Shown: one piece after another, positions 26,894 through 39,824 of the stretch
Layout of the letters: each line of letters opens with the position of its first letter
Position numbering within the stretch: the stretch's first letter is position 1
Assembly: GCF_009914755.1 (NCBI RefSeq)
Contig: NC_060938.1
From: the human T2T-CHM13v2.0 reference genome, Homo sapiens
Strand: one strand, 5' to 3'
DNA length: 64,000 bases
The notes under the pieces: model-generated
Told to the model about the DNA's origin: nothing
The model's input: only the letters and a program-made list of their open reading frames with translations
Database searches by the model: none
Made by a program: the position numbers and the translations under genes

Positions 26894-29800
26894 AAAAATG
26901 TCCACTTGCAGATTCTACAAAAAGAGTGTTTCAAAACTACTCTATCAAAAGAAACGTTTAACTCTGTGGATGAATGCAAACATGAGAAACAAGTTTCTCA
27001 GATTGCTTCTGTCTATATTTTATGTGAGGATATTTCCTTTTCTATCATAGGGCACAAACCGCTCCAAACGTCCCCTTGCAGATTCTACAAAAAGAGTGTT
27101 TCCAAACTGCTCAATCAAAAGAAAGGTTCAAGTCTGTGAGATAAACGCACACATCACAAAGAAGTTTCTCAGAATTCTTCTGTCTAGTTTTATGTGAAGA
27201 TACTTCCTTTTCCACCATAGGCCTCAAAGCGCTCCAAATGTCCACATGCAGATTCAACAAAAAGAGATTTTCCAAATTGTTCAATCAAAAGAAAGGCTCA
27301 ACCTTGTGAGATTAACGAACGTCAAAAAGATGTCTGTCAGCATTCTTCTGTCTAGTTTCTATGTGAAGATAGTTCCTTTTCCACTATGGTCCTCAAAGCA
27401 CTCCAAATGCTGACTTGAAGATTCTACAAAAAGAGCATTTCAAAACAGTTCAATCAAAAGAAAGGTTCAACTCCGTGAGATGAATACACACATCACAAAG
27501 AAGTTTCTCAGAAGTCTTCTGTCTAGATTTTTGTGAAGATATTTCCTTTTCCACCATAGTTCTAAAAGCGCTCCAAATGTCCACTTGCAGATTCTACAAA
27601 AAGAGAGTTTCAAAACTGCTCAATCAAAAGAAAGATTTAACTCTGTGAGATTAACGCACACATCAAACGGATGTTTCTCAGATTGCTTCTGTCCTGATTT
27701 TATGTGAAGATATTTCGTTTTCTACCATAGGCAGCATAGCGCTCCAAATATCCACCTGCAGATTGTACAAAAAGAGTGCTTCCAAACTGCTCAATCAAAG
27801 AAAGGTTCAACTCTGTGAGATGAACTCACTCATCACAAAGAAGTTTCTCAGAATTATTCTGTCTGGTTTTTATGTGAAGATATTTTCTTTTCCACCATAG
27901 TCCTCAAAGCGCTCCAAATGACCACTTGCAGATACTACAAAAAGAAAATTTCAAAACTCCTCAATCAAGAGAAAGGTTTAACATGGTGAGATGAATGCAC
28001 ACATCAAAAAGAAGTTTCTGAGATTTCTTCTGTGTAGATTTTATGTGAAGATATTTTCTTTTCCACTGTAGGCCTCAAGGCGCACCAAATGTCCACTTGC
28101 AGATACTACAAAAAGAGAGTTTCCAAACTGCTCACTCAAAAGAAATGTTTAACTCTGTGAGAAGAATGCACACATCAGAAAGATGTTTGCAGAGTGCTTC
28201 TGTCTAGATTTTATGTGAAGATATTTCCTTTTCTACCGCAAGCCGCAAAGCTCTCCAAATGTTCACTTGTAGAATTTACAAAAAGAATTTCAAAACTGCT
28301 CAATCAAAAGAAAGGCTTAATTCTGTGAGATGAACGCACACATCACAAAGAAGTTTCTCAGATTGCTTCTGTCTAGATTTTATGTGAATATATTTCCCTT
28401 TCTGCCATGGGCTGCAAAGCGTTCCAAATGTCCACTTGCATATTCTACAAAAAGAGTGTTTCCAAACTGCTCAATCAAAAGAAATGTTCAACTCTGTGAG
28501 ATGAACGCACACATCACAAAGAAGTTTCTAAGAATTCTTCTGTATAGTTTTTATGTGAAGATATTTTATTTTCCACCATAGGCCTCAAGCCTTTCGAAAT
28601 GTCCACTAGCAGGTTCTACAAAAAGCGTATTTCAAAACTGGCCCTTCAAAAGAAAACTTCAACTATGGGAGATGAATGCACACATCACAAAGAATTTTCT
28701 CAGACTGCTTCTGTCTACAATTTATGCGAAGATATTTGCTTTTCTACCATTGGCTGCAAATCTCTCCACATGTGCACTTGCAGATTCTACAAAAAGAGTG
28801 TTTCCAAACTGCTCAATCAAAAGACAGGTTCAAGTCTGTGAGATAAATGCACACATCACAAAGAAGTTTTTCAGAATTCTTCTGTCTAGTTTTTATGTGA
28901 AGATACTTCCTTTTCCACCATAGGCCTCAAAGCGCTCCAAATGTCCACATGCAGATTCTACAAAAAGAGATTTTCCAAATTGTTCAATCAAAAGAACGGC
29001 TCAACCTTGTGAGATTAACGCACATTACAAAGATGTCTGTCAGAATTCTTCTGTCTAGTTTTTATGTGAAGATATTTCCTTTTCCACTATGGTCCTCAAA
29101 GAGCTCCAAATGCGGACTTTCAGATTCTACAGAAAGAGCATTTCAAAGCTGCTCAATCAAAAGAAAGGTTCAACTCCGTGAGATGAATACACACATCACA
29201 AAGAAGTTTCTCAGAAGTCTTCTGTCTGGTTTTTATGTGAAGATATTTCCTTTTCCACCATAGTTCTAAAAGCGCTCCAAATGTCCACTTGCAGATTCTA
29301 CAAAAAGAGAGTTTCAAACTGCTCAATCAAAAGAAAGATTTAACTCTGTGAGATTAACGCACACATCAAACGGAAGTTTCTCAGATTGCTTCTGTCCTGA
29401 TTTTATGTGAAGATATTTCGTTTTCTACCATAGGCAGCATAGCGCTCCAAATATCCACCTGCAGATTGTACAAAAAGAGTGCTTCCAACCTGCTCAATCA
29501 AAGAAAGGTTCAACTCTGTGAGATGAACTCACTCAACACAAAGAAGTTTCTCAGAATTATTCTGTCTGGTTTTTATGTGAAGATATTTCCTTTTCCACCA
29601 TAGTCCTCAAAGCGCTCCAAATGACCACTTGCAGATACTACAAAAAGTAAGTTTCAAAACTCCTCAGTCAAGAGAAAGGTTTAACACGGTGTGATGAATG
29701 CACACATCACAAAGAAGTTTCTCAGATTGCTTCTGTGTAGATTTTATGTGAAGATATTTCCTTTTCTACCATAGGCTTCAAAGCGCTCCAAATGTCCACT

Positions 29801-32800
29801 TGAAGATTCTGCAAAAAGAGAGTTTCCAAACTGCTCATTCAAAAGAAAGGTTCAACTCTGTGAGATGAATACACACATCACAAAGAAGTTTCCCAGGATT
29901 TTTCTGTCTAGTTTTTATGTAAAGATATTTCCTTTTCCACCATAAGACTCAATGAATTTGAAATGTCCACTTGCAGATTCTACCAAAAGAGTATATCAAC
30001 ACTGTTCCATCAAAAGAATGTTTCAACTCTGGGAGATGAATTCACACGTCACACCAAAGTTTCTCAGATTGCTTCTATCTAGTTTTTATGTGATGATATT
30101 TCCTTTTTCTAACACAGGCCGCAAAGCTTTCCAAATGTCCACTTGCAGATTCTACAAAAAGAGAGTTTCAAAACTGCTTAATCAAAAGAAAGCTTTAATT
30201 CTGTGACATGAATGCACACATCAAAAGCAATTTCTTAGATTTCTTCCTCTAAATTTTATTTGAAAATATTTCCTTTACTATCATATGCCACAAAGCTCTC
30301 CAAATGTTCACTTGCAGATTCTTCAAAAAGATTGTTTCCAAACTGCTCAATCAAAAGAAATGTTTAACTCTGTGAGATGAATTCACACATCAGAAATAAG
30401 TTTCTCAGATTGCTTCTGTCTATATTCTATGTGAAGATATTTCCTTTTCTATCATAGGGTGTAAACCGCTCCAAATGTCCCCTTGCAGATTCTACAAAAA
30501 GAGTGTTTCCAAACTGCTCAATCAAAAGAAAGGTTCAAGTCTGTGAGATAAATGCAGACATCACAAAGAAGTTTCTCAGAATTCTTCTGTCTAGTTTTTA
30601 TGTGAAGATACTTCCTTTTCCACCATAGGCCTCAAAGCGCTCCAAATGTCCACATGCAGATTCTACAAAAAGAGGGTTTCCAAACTGCTCAATCAAAACA
30701 ACGGTTACACTGTGTGAGGTGAACACACACATCAACAAGAAGTTTCTCAGAATTCTTTTGACTAGTTTTTATGTGAAGATATTTCCTTTTCTACCATAGG
30801 CCTCAAAGCACTCCAAATGTAGACTTGTAGATTCTACAAAAAGAGTTTCAAAACTGCTCAATCAAGGGAAAGGTTAAACAATGTGTGGTGAATGCACACA
30901 TCACAAAGAAGTCTCAGATTGCTTCTGTCTAGATTTTATGTGACGATATTTCCTTTTCTACCGTAGGCCACAAAGTGCTCCAAAAGTCCACTTGCAGATT
31001 CTACAAAAAGAGTGTTTGAAACTGCTCAATCAAAAGAAAGGTTCAACTGTGTGAGATTAACGCACACATAAGAAAGAAGTTTCTCAGAATTCTTCTGTCT
31101 AGTTTTCATGTGAAGCCATTTTCTTTTCCACCATAGGCCTCCAGGCACTCAAAATGTCCACTTGCAGATTCTACAAAAAGACAGTTTCAAATCTGCTCAT
31201 TCAAAAGGAAGGTTTAATTCTGTAAGATGAATACAAACATCACAAAGGAGTCTCTCAGAATTCCTCTGTTCAGATTTTATGTGAAGATATTTCCTGTTCT
31301 ACCATAGGCTTCAAAGCATTCCATACGTCCACTTGCAGATTCTACAAAAAGAGTGTTTCCAAACTGCTCAATCAAAAGAAAGGTTCAACTCTGTGAGATG
31401 AACGCACACATCACATAGAAGTTTCTCAGAATACATCTATTTAGTTTTCATGTTAAGATATTTCCTTTTCCACCATAGGCTGCAAAACGCTCCAAATATC
31501 CGCTGGCAGATTCTAAAAAAGAGGGTTTCCAAACTGATCAATCATAAAGAAAGGTTCAACTCTGTTACATGAATGCAAGCATCACAAAGGAGTTTCTCAG
31601 AATTCTTCTGCCGAGTTTCAATTTGTAGATATTTCCTTTTCCACCATAGGCCTGAAAGGGCTCAAAATGTCCACTTGCAGATTCTACAAAAAGATACTTA
31701 CAAAACTGCTGGATCAAAAGAATGTTTTACTCTGTGTGATGAATGCACACATCCCAAAGAAGTTTCTCAGAATTGTTCTGTCTAGTTTTTATGTGAAGAT
31801 ATTTCCTTTTCCACCATAGATCTAAAAGTGCTCCAAATGTCCACTTGCAGATTCTACAAAAAGAGAGTTTCAAAACTGCTGAATCAAAAGTAAGGTTCAA
31901 CTCTCTTAGATGAATGCACATATCACAATGAAGGTTGTCAGAATGCTTCTGTCTAGTTTTTATGTGAAGATATTTCCTTTTCCACCACGTGCGTCAAAGC
32001 CCTCCAAATGTCCACTTGCAGATTCTCCAAAAAGAGTGTTTCAAAATTGCTCAATGAAAAGTAAGGTTCAACTCTGTGAGATGAATGCACACATCACAAA
32101 GAAGTTTCTCAGAATACTTCTGTATGGTTTTTAGGTGGAGATATTTTCTTTTCCTCCATAGGCCTCAAAGCGATCCAAATGTCCACATGCAGATCCTACA
32201 AAAAGAGTTTTTCAAAACTGCTCAATCAAAAGAAAGGTTCACGTCAGTGAGATGAATGCAAACGTCACAATGAAGTTTTTCAAAATACTTCTGTCTAGTT
32301 TTTCTGTGAAGATATTTCCTTTTCCACCATAGGCCTCAAAGCGCTCCAAATGTCCACTTGCAGATTCTACAAAAAGAGTGTTTCAAAGCTGTTCAACCAA
32401 AAGAAAGGTCCAGCTCTGAGAGATGAATGCACACATTACAAAGTAGTTTGTCAGAATGCTTCTGTCTCGTTTTTATGTGAAGGTATTTCCTTTTCCACCA
32501 TGTGCGTCAAAGCCCTCAAAATGTCCACTTACAGATTCTCCAAAAAGAGTGTTTCAAAATTGCTCAATGAAAAGTAAGGTTCAACTCTGTGAGATGAATG
32601 CACACATCACAAAGAAGTTTGTCAGAATGCTTCTGTCTAGTTTTTATGTGAAGATATTTCCTTTTTTGCCATAGGCCCCAAAGCGCTCCAAATGACTACT
32701 TGCAGATTCTACAAAAACAGTGTTTCAAAGTTGCTCAATCAAAAGAAAGGTTCAACTCTGAAAGATGAATGCACACATAACAAAGAAGTTTGTCAGAAGA

Positions 32801-35800
32801 TTTCTGTCTAGTTTTTATGTGACGATATATCCTTTTCCACCATAGGCCACAAAGCGGTCCAATTGTCCACTTGCAGATTCTACAAAAAGAGTGTTTCAAA
32901 TCTGCTCAATGAAAAGTAAGGTTCAAATCTGTGAGTTGAATGCACACATCGAAAAGAAGTTTGTCAGAATGCTTCTGTCTGTTCTATATGTGAAGATGTT
33001 CCCTTTTCCACCATAGGCCTCAAAGCGCTCCAAATGTACACTTGCAGATTCTACAAAAAGAGTGTTTCAAAGCTCCTGAATCAAAGAAAGTTTCAATTCT
33101 TTGTGAGATGAATGCACACATCACAAAGAAGTTTGTCAGAATGCTTCTGTCTAGTTTTTAAGTGAAGATATTTCCTTTTCCACCATAGGCCTCAAAGCAC
33201 TCCAATTGTCCACTTGCAGATTTTACAGAAAGAGTGCTTCGAAAGTGCTCAATCAAAAGGGAGGTTCAACTCTGTGAGATGAATGCACACGTCACAAAGA
33301 AGTTTCTCAGAATGCTTCTGTCCAATTTTTATGTGAAGATATTTCGTTTTCCACCATAGACCTCAAAGCACTCCAATTGTCCACTTGCAGATTTTACAGA
33401 AAGAGTGCTTCCAAAGTGCTCAATCAAAAGGGAGGTTCAACTCTGTGAGATGAATGCACACGTCACAAAGAAGTTTCTCAGAATGCTTCTGTCCAATTTT
33501 TATGTGAAGATATTTCGTTTTCCACCATAGACCTCAAAGCACTCCAATTGTCCACTTGCAGATTTTACAGAAAGAGTGCTTCCAAAGTGCTCAATCAAAA
33601 GGGAGGTTCAACTCTGTGAGATGAATGCACACATCACAAAGAAGTTTCTCAGAATGCTTCTGTCCAATTTTTATGTGAACATATTTCGTTATCCACCATA
33701 GGCCTCAAAGCACTCCAAATGTCCACTTGCAGATTCTACAAAAAGAATGTTGCAAAGCTTCTCAATCAAAAGAAAGTTTCAACTCCTTGTGAGATGTATG
33801 CAGACATCACAAAAAGTTTATCATAATGCTTCTCTCTATTTATTATATGAAGATATTTTGTTATCCATCATAGGACTCAAAGCGCTCCAAATGTCCACTT
33901 TCAGATTCTACAAAAAGACTTTTTCAAAACTAGACAATCAAAAGTAAGGTTCAACTCTGTGAGATGATTGCACACATCACAAAGAAATTTCTCAGAATGT
34001 TTCTGTCTAGTTCTTATGTGAAGATATTTCCTTTTCCACCATAGGCCTCAAAGCACTCCAATTGTCCACTTGCAGATTTTACAGAAAGAGTGCTTCCAAA
34101 GTGCTCAATCAAAAGGGAGGTTCAACTCTGTGAGATGAATGCACACATCACAAAGAAGTTTCTCAGAATGCTTCTGTCCAATTTTTATGTGAACATATTT
34201 CGTTATCCACCATAGGCCTCAAAGCACTCCAAATGTCCACTTGCAGATTCTACAAAAAGAATGTTGCAAAGCTTCTCAATCAAAAGAAAGTTTCAACTCC
34301 TTGTGAGATGTATGCAGACATCACAAAAAGTTTATCATAATGCTTCTCTCTATTTATTATATGAAGATATTTTGTTATCCATCATAGGACTCAAAGCGCT
34401 CCAAATGTCCACTTTCAGATTCTACAAAAAGACTTTTTCAAAACTAGACAATCAAAAGTAAGGTTCAACTCTGTGAGATGATTGCACACATCACAAAGAA
34501 ATTTCTCAGAATGTTTCTGTCTAGTTCTTATGTGAAGATATTTCCTTTTCCACCATAGGCCTCAAAGCACTCCAATTGTCCACTTGCAGATTTTACAGAA
34601 AGAGTGCTTCCAAAGTGCTCAATCAAAAGGGAGGTTCAACTCTGTGAGATGAATGCACACATCACAAAGAAGTTTCTCAGAATGCTTCTGTCCAATTTTT
34701 ATGTGAACATATTTCGTTATCCACCATAGGTCTCAAAGCACTCCAAATGTCCACTTGCAGATTCCACAAAAAGAATGTTGCAAAGCTGCTCAATCAAAAG
34801 AAAGTTTCAACTCTTTGTGAGATGTATGCAGACATCACAAAAAGTTTAACATAATGCTTCTCTCTATTTATTATATGAAGATATTTCGTTATCCATCATA
34901 GGCCTCAAAGCGCTCCAAATGTCCACTTTCAGATTCTACAAAAAGAGTTTTTCAAAACTGGACAATCAAAAGTAAGGTTCAACTGTGTGAGATGATTGCA
35001 CACATCACAAAGAAATTTCTCAGAATGCTTCTGTCTAGTTCTTATGTGAAGATATTTCCTTTTCCACCATAGGCCTCAAAGCACTCCAAATGTCCACTTG
35101 CAGATAGCACAAAAAGGATGTTTCAAAACCGCTCAATCAAAAGTAAGTTTCAACTCTGTGAGATGAATGTACACATCACAAAGAAGGTTGTCAGAATATG
35201 TCTGTTTAGTTTTTATGTGAAGATATTTCCTTTTCCACCATCAGCCTCAAAGTGCTCCAAATGTTCACTTGCAGATTCTACAAAAAGGGTGTTTCAAACC
35301 CGCTGAATCAAAAGAAAGGTTCAACTCTGTGAGATGAATGCACAAATCACAAAGTAGTTTGTCAGAATGCTTCTGTCTAGTTTGTATGTGAAGATATTTT
35401 CTTTTCCACCAGAGACCTCAAAGCGCACCAAATGTTCACTTGCAGATTTTACAAATAGGGTGTTTCAAAGCTGCTCAATCAAAAGAAAGGTTCAACTCTG
35501 TGAGATGAATGCACACATCACAAAGAAGTTTGTCAGAATTCTTCTGTGTAGTTTTCATGTGAAGATATTTTCTTTTCTACCATAGGCCTCAAAGCGCTCC
35601 AAATGTCCACATGCAGATTCTATAAAATACTTTTTCAAAACTGCTCAATCAAAAGAAAGGTTCAAGTCAGTGAGATGAATGCGCATGTCACAAAGAAGGT
35701 TGTCACAATGCTTCTGTCTAGTTTTTATGTGAAGATATTTCCTTTTCCACCATTGGCCTCAAAGTTCTCCAAATGTCCAAATGCAGATTCAACAAAAAGA

Positions 35801-38800
35801 GTGTTTCAGAACTGCTGAATGAAAGGTAAGGTTCAACTCTGTGAGATAAATGCACACATCACAAAGAAGTTTGTCAGAATGCTTCTGTCTAGTTTTTATG
35901 TGAAGATATTTACTTTTCCACCATAGGCCTCAAAGCGCTCCAAATGTCCACTTGCAGATAGTACAAAAAGAGTATTTCAAAACTTCTGAATGAAAATTAA
36001 GTTTCAACTCTGAGAGATTAATGCACACATCACAAAGATGTATGTCAGAATGCGTCTATCTAGTTTTTACGTCAAGATATTTCGTTATCCAACATAGGCC
36101 TCAAAGCGCTCCTAATGTCCACTTGCAGATTTTACAAAAACAGTGTTTCAAAGCTGCTTAATCAAAATAAAGTTCAAATCTGTGAGATGAATGCACCCAT
36201 CGCAGAGAAATTTGTCAGAATGCTTTTGTTTAGTTCTTATGTGAAGATATTTCTTTTTCCACCAAAGGTCTCAAAGCACTCCAAATGTCCACTTGTGGAT
36301 ATTACCAAAAGGGTGCTTCAAAACTGCTCAATCAAAAGTAAGGTTCAACTCTGTGACATGAATGCACACATCACAAAGAAGTTTGTCAGAATGCTTTTGT
36401 CTAATTTTTATGTGGAGATATTTCCTTTTCCAACATAGGCCTCAAGTGCTTCAAATGTCCACTTGCAGATTCTACAAAAAGAGTGTTTTGAAACAGCTCA
36501 ATTGAAGGTAAGGTTCAACTCTGTGATGTGAATGCACACATTACAAAGAAGTTTGTCAGAATGCTTCTGTCTAGTTTTTATGTAAAGATATCTCCTTTTC
36601 AACCATAGCTCTCAAGTGCTCCAAATGTCCACTTGTAGATTCTACAAAAAGAGTGCTTCAAAACTGCTCAATGAAAAGTAAGGTTCAATTCCATGAGATG
36701 AATGCACGCATCACAAAGGAGTTTGTCAGAATGCTTCTGTCTGGTTTTTATGTGATGATATTTCCTTTTCCACCAAAGGCCTCAAAGCACTCCAAATATC
36801 CAATTGCAGATTATACAAAAAGAGTGTTTCAGAGCTGCTCAATCAAAAGAAAGTTTCCACTCTGTGAGACGAATGCACACATCACAAAGAAGTTTGTCAT
36901 AATGCTTCTGTCTAGTTGTTATATGAAGATATTTCATTAACCACCATAGGCCTCAAAGTGCAGCAAATGTCCACTTGCAGATTCTACAAAAAAGAGTGTT
37001 TCAAAACTGCTCAATCGAAAGTAAGGTTCAACTCTGTGAGATGAATGCACACATCACAAAGGAATTTCTCAGAATCTTTCTGCCTAGTTCTTATGTGAAG
37101 ATATTTCCTTTTCCACCATAGGCCTCAAAGCACTCCAAATGTCCACTTGCAGATTCTACAAAAAGAGGGTTTCCAAATTGCTCAATCAAAAGAAAGGTTC
37201 AACTCTGTGAGCTGAAGGCACACATCACAAAGAAGTTTGTCAGAAAGCTTCTTTCTGGTTTTTATGTGAAGATATTTCCTTTTTCCACCAAAGGCCTCAA
37301 AGCGCTCCAAATGTCCAACTGCAGATGCTACAAAAAGAGTGTGTCTGAGCTTCTCAATCAAAAGAAAGGTTCCACTCTGTGAGACGAATGCACACATCAT
37401 AAAGAAGTTTGGCATAATGCTTCTGTCTAGTTATTATATGAAGATATTTCATTAACCACCATAGGCCTCAAAGTGCAGCAAATGTCCACTTGCAGATTCT
37501 ACAAAAAAGAGTGTTTCAAAACTGCTTAATCGAAAGTAAGGTTCAACTCTGTGAGATGAATGCACACATCACAAAGGAATTTCTCAGAATCCTTCTGCCT
37601 AGTTCTTATGTGAAAATATTTCCTTTTCCACCATAGGCCTCAAAGCACTCCAAATGTCCACTTGTAGATACTACAAAACGGGTGTTTCAAAACTGCTCAA
37701 TCAAAAGTAAGGTTCAATTCTGTGAGATGAATTCACACATCACAAAGGAGTTTGTCAGAAAGCTTCTTTCTGGTTTTTATGTGCAGATATTTCCTTTTCC
37801 ACCAAAGGCCTCAAAGCACTCCAAATGTCCAATTGCAGATGCTACAAAAAGAGTGCTTCAGAGCTGCTCAATCAAAAGAAAGGTTCCACTCTGTAAGATG
37901 CAAGCACACATCATAAAGGAGTTTTTCATAATGCTTCCATCTAGTTATTATATGAAGATATTTTGTTATCCACCATAGGCCTCAAGGTGCAGCAAATGTC
38001 CACTTGCAGATTCTACAAAGAGAGTGTTTCAAAACTGCTCAATCGAAAGTAAGGTTCAACTCTGTGAGATGAATGCACATATCACAAAGAAGGTTGTCAG
38101 AATGCTTCTGTCTAGTTTTTATGTGAAGATAATTCCTTTTCCACCATAGGCCTCAAAGCGCACGAAATGTCCACTTGCAGATTCTACAAAGAGAGTATTT
38201 CAAAACTGCTCAATGAAAAATAAGGTTCAACTCTGTGAGATGAGTGCACACATCACAAAGAAGTTTGTCAGAATGCTTCTGTCTAGTTTTTATGTGAAGA
38301 TTTTTCCTTTTCCACCATAGGCCTCAAAGCTCTCCAAATGTCCACTTGCAGATTCTACAAAAAGAGTGTTTCAAAGTTGTTCAATCAAAAGAAAGGTTCA
38401 ACTCTGTGAGATGAATGCACACATCACAAAGTAGTTTCTCAGAATGCATCTGTCTACTTTTTACCTGAAGATATTTACTTTTCCACCATAGGCCTCAAAG
38501 CGCTCCAAATGTCCACTTGCAGATACTACAAAAAGAGTGTTTCAAAACTTCTCAATGAAAAGTAAGGTTCAACTCTGTGAGATGAATGCACACAACACAA
38601 AGAAGTTTGTGAGAATAGTCTGTCTAGTTTTTATGTGAAGATATTTCCTTTTCCACCATAGGCCTCATAGTGCTCCAAATGTCCACTTGTAGATTCTACA
38701 AAAAGAGTGTTTCAAAGCTTCTCAATGAAAAGCAAGGTTTAACCCTGTGAGATGAATGCGCACATCACAAAGAAGTTTCTCAGCAGGCTTCTTTCTAGTT

Positions 38801-39824
38801 TTTATATGAAGACATTTCCTTTTCCTCAATAGGACTCAAAGTCCTCCAATTGCTCACTAGCAGATTCTACAGAAAGAGTGTTTCAAAACTGCTCAATGAA
38901 AAGTAAGGTTCAATTCTGTGAGATGAATGCACACATCACAAAGAAGTTTGTCAGAATGCTTCTGTCTGGTTTTTATATGAAGATATTTCCTTTTCCACCA
39001 TAGGCCTCAAAGCGCTCCAAATATCCACTTGCTGATTCTACAAAAAGAGTGTTTCAAAGATGATCAATCAAAAGAAAGGTTCAAATCAGTGTGAGATGAA
39101 TTCACACATCACAAAGAAGTTTCTCAAAATGCTTCTGTCTAGTTATTATATGAATATATTTGGTTATCCACTATAGGCCTCAAAGCGCTCCAAATGTCCA
39201 CTTGCATATACTACAAAAAGAGTGTTTCAAAGCTGCTCAATCAAAACAAAGTTTCACCACGGTGAGATGAATGCACATATCACAAAGAAGTTTGTCAGAA
39301 CGCTTCTGTCTAGTTTTTATGTGAATATATTTCCTTTTTCACCATATGCCTGAAATTGTTCCAAATGTCCACTTGCAGGTTCTACCAAAAGAGTGTTTCC
39401 AAACTGCTCAATAAAAAGAAAGGCTCAACTCTGTGAGATGAACACACTCAACACAAAGGAGTTTCTCAGAATTCTTTTTTCTCGTTTTTATGTGAAGATA
39501 TTTCCTTCTCCACCATGGGTCTCAAAGTGCTCCAAATGTCCACTTGCAGATTGTACAAAAAGAGTGTTTCAAAGCTGTTCAATCAAAAGAAATGTTCAAC
39601 TCTGTGAGATGAATGCACACATCACAAGGCAGTTTGTCAGAATGCTTCTGTCTAATTTTTATGTGAAGATATTTCCTTTTCCACCATAGTCCTCAAAGCG
39701 CTCCAATTGTACACTTATAGAATCTACAAAAATAGTGTTTTAAAACTGCTCAATCAACAGAAATGTTCAACTCCGTGAGATGAAGGCACACATCACAAAG
39801 AAGTTTGTCAGAGTGTTTCTGTCC
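26894..39824 (-). repeat. Alpha satellite block 3 (inverted relative to both neighbours)
   Basis: Abrupt switch at ...GATGTCTGCATT|AAAAATGTCCACTTGCAG...; minus-orientation monomers continue to about 39824. Confidence 0.96.
33191..35074 (-). repeat. Recent local tandem amplification: near-identical 171-bp monomers followed by three 514-bp trimers
   Basis: Marker CTCAAAGCACTCCAATTG at 33191, 33362, 33533, 34047 and 34561 (spacings 171, 171, 514, 514). The ORF track shows identical 66-aa ORFs at 33747 and 34261. Confidence 0.92.

Noticed and set aside
33191-35074. CRISPR-like or other prokaryotic repeat array
   Set aside because: There is no repeat-spacer structure and no cas genes; the units are alpha satellite in a primate context.
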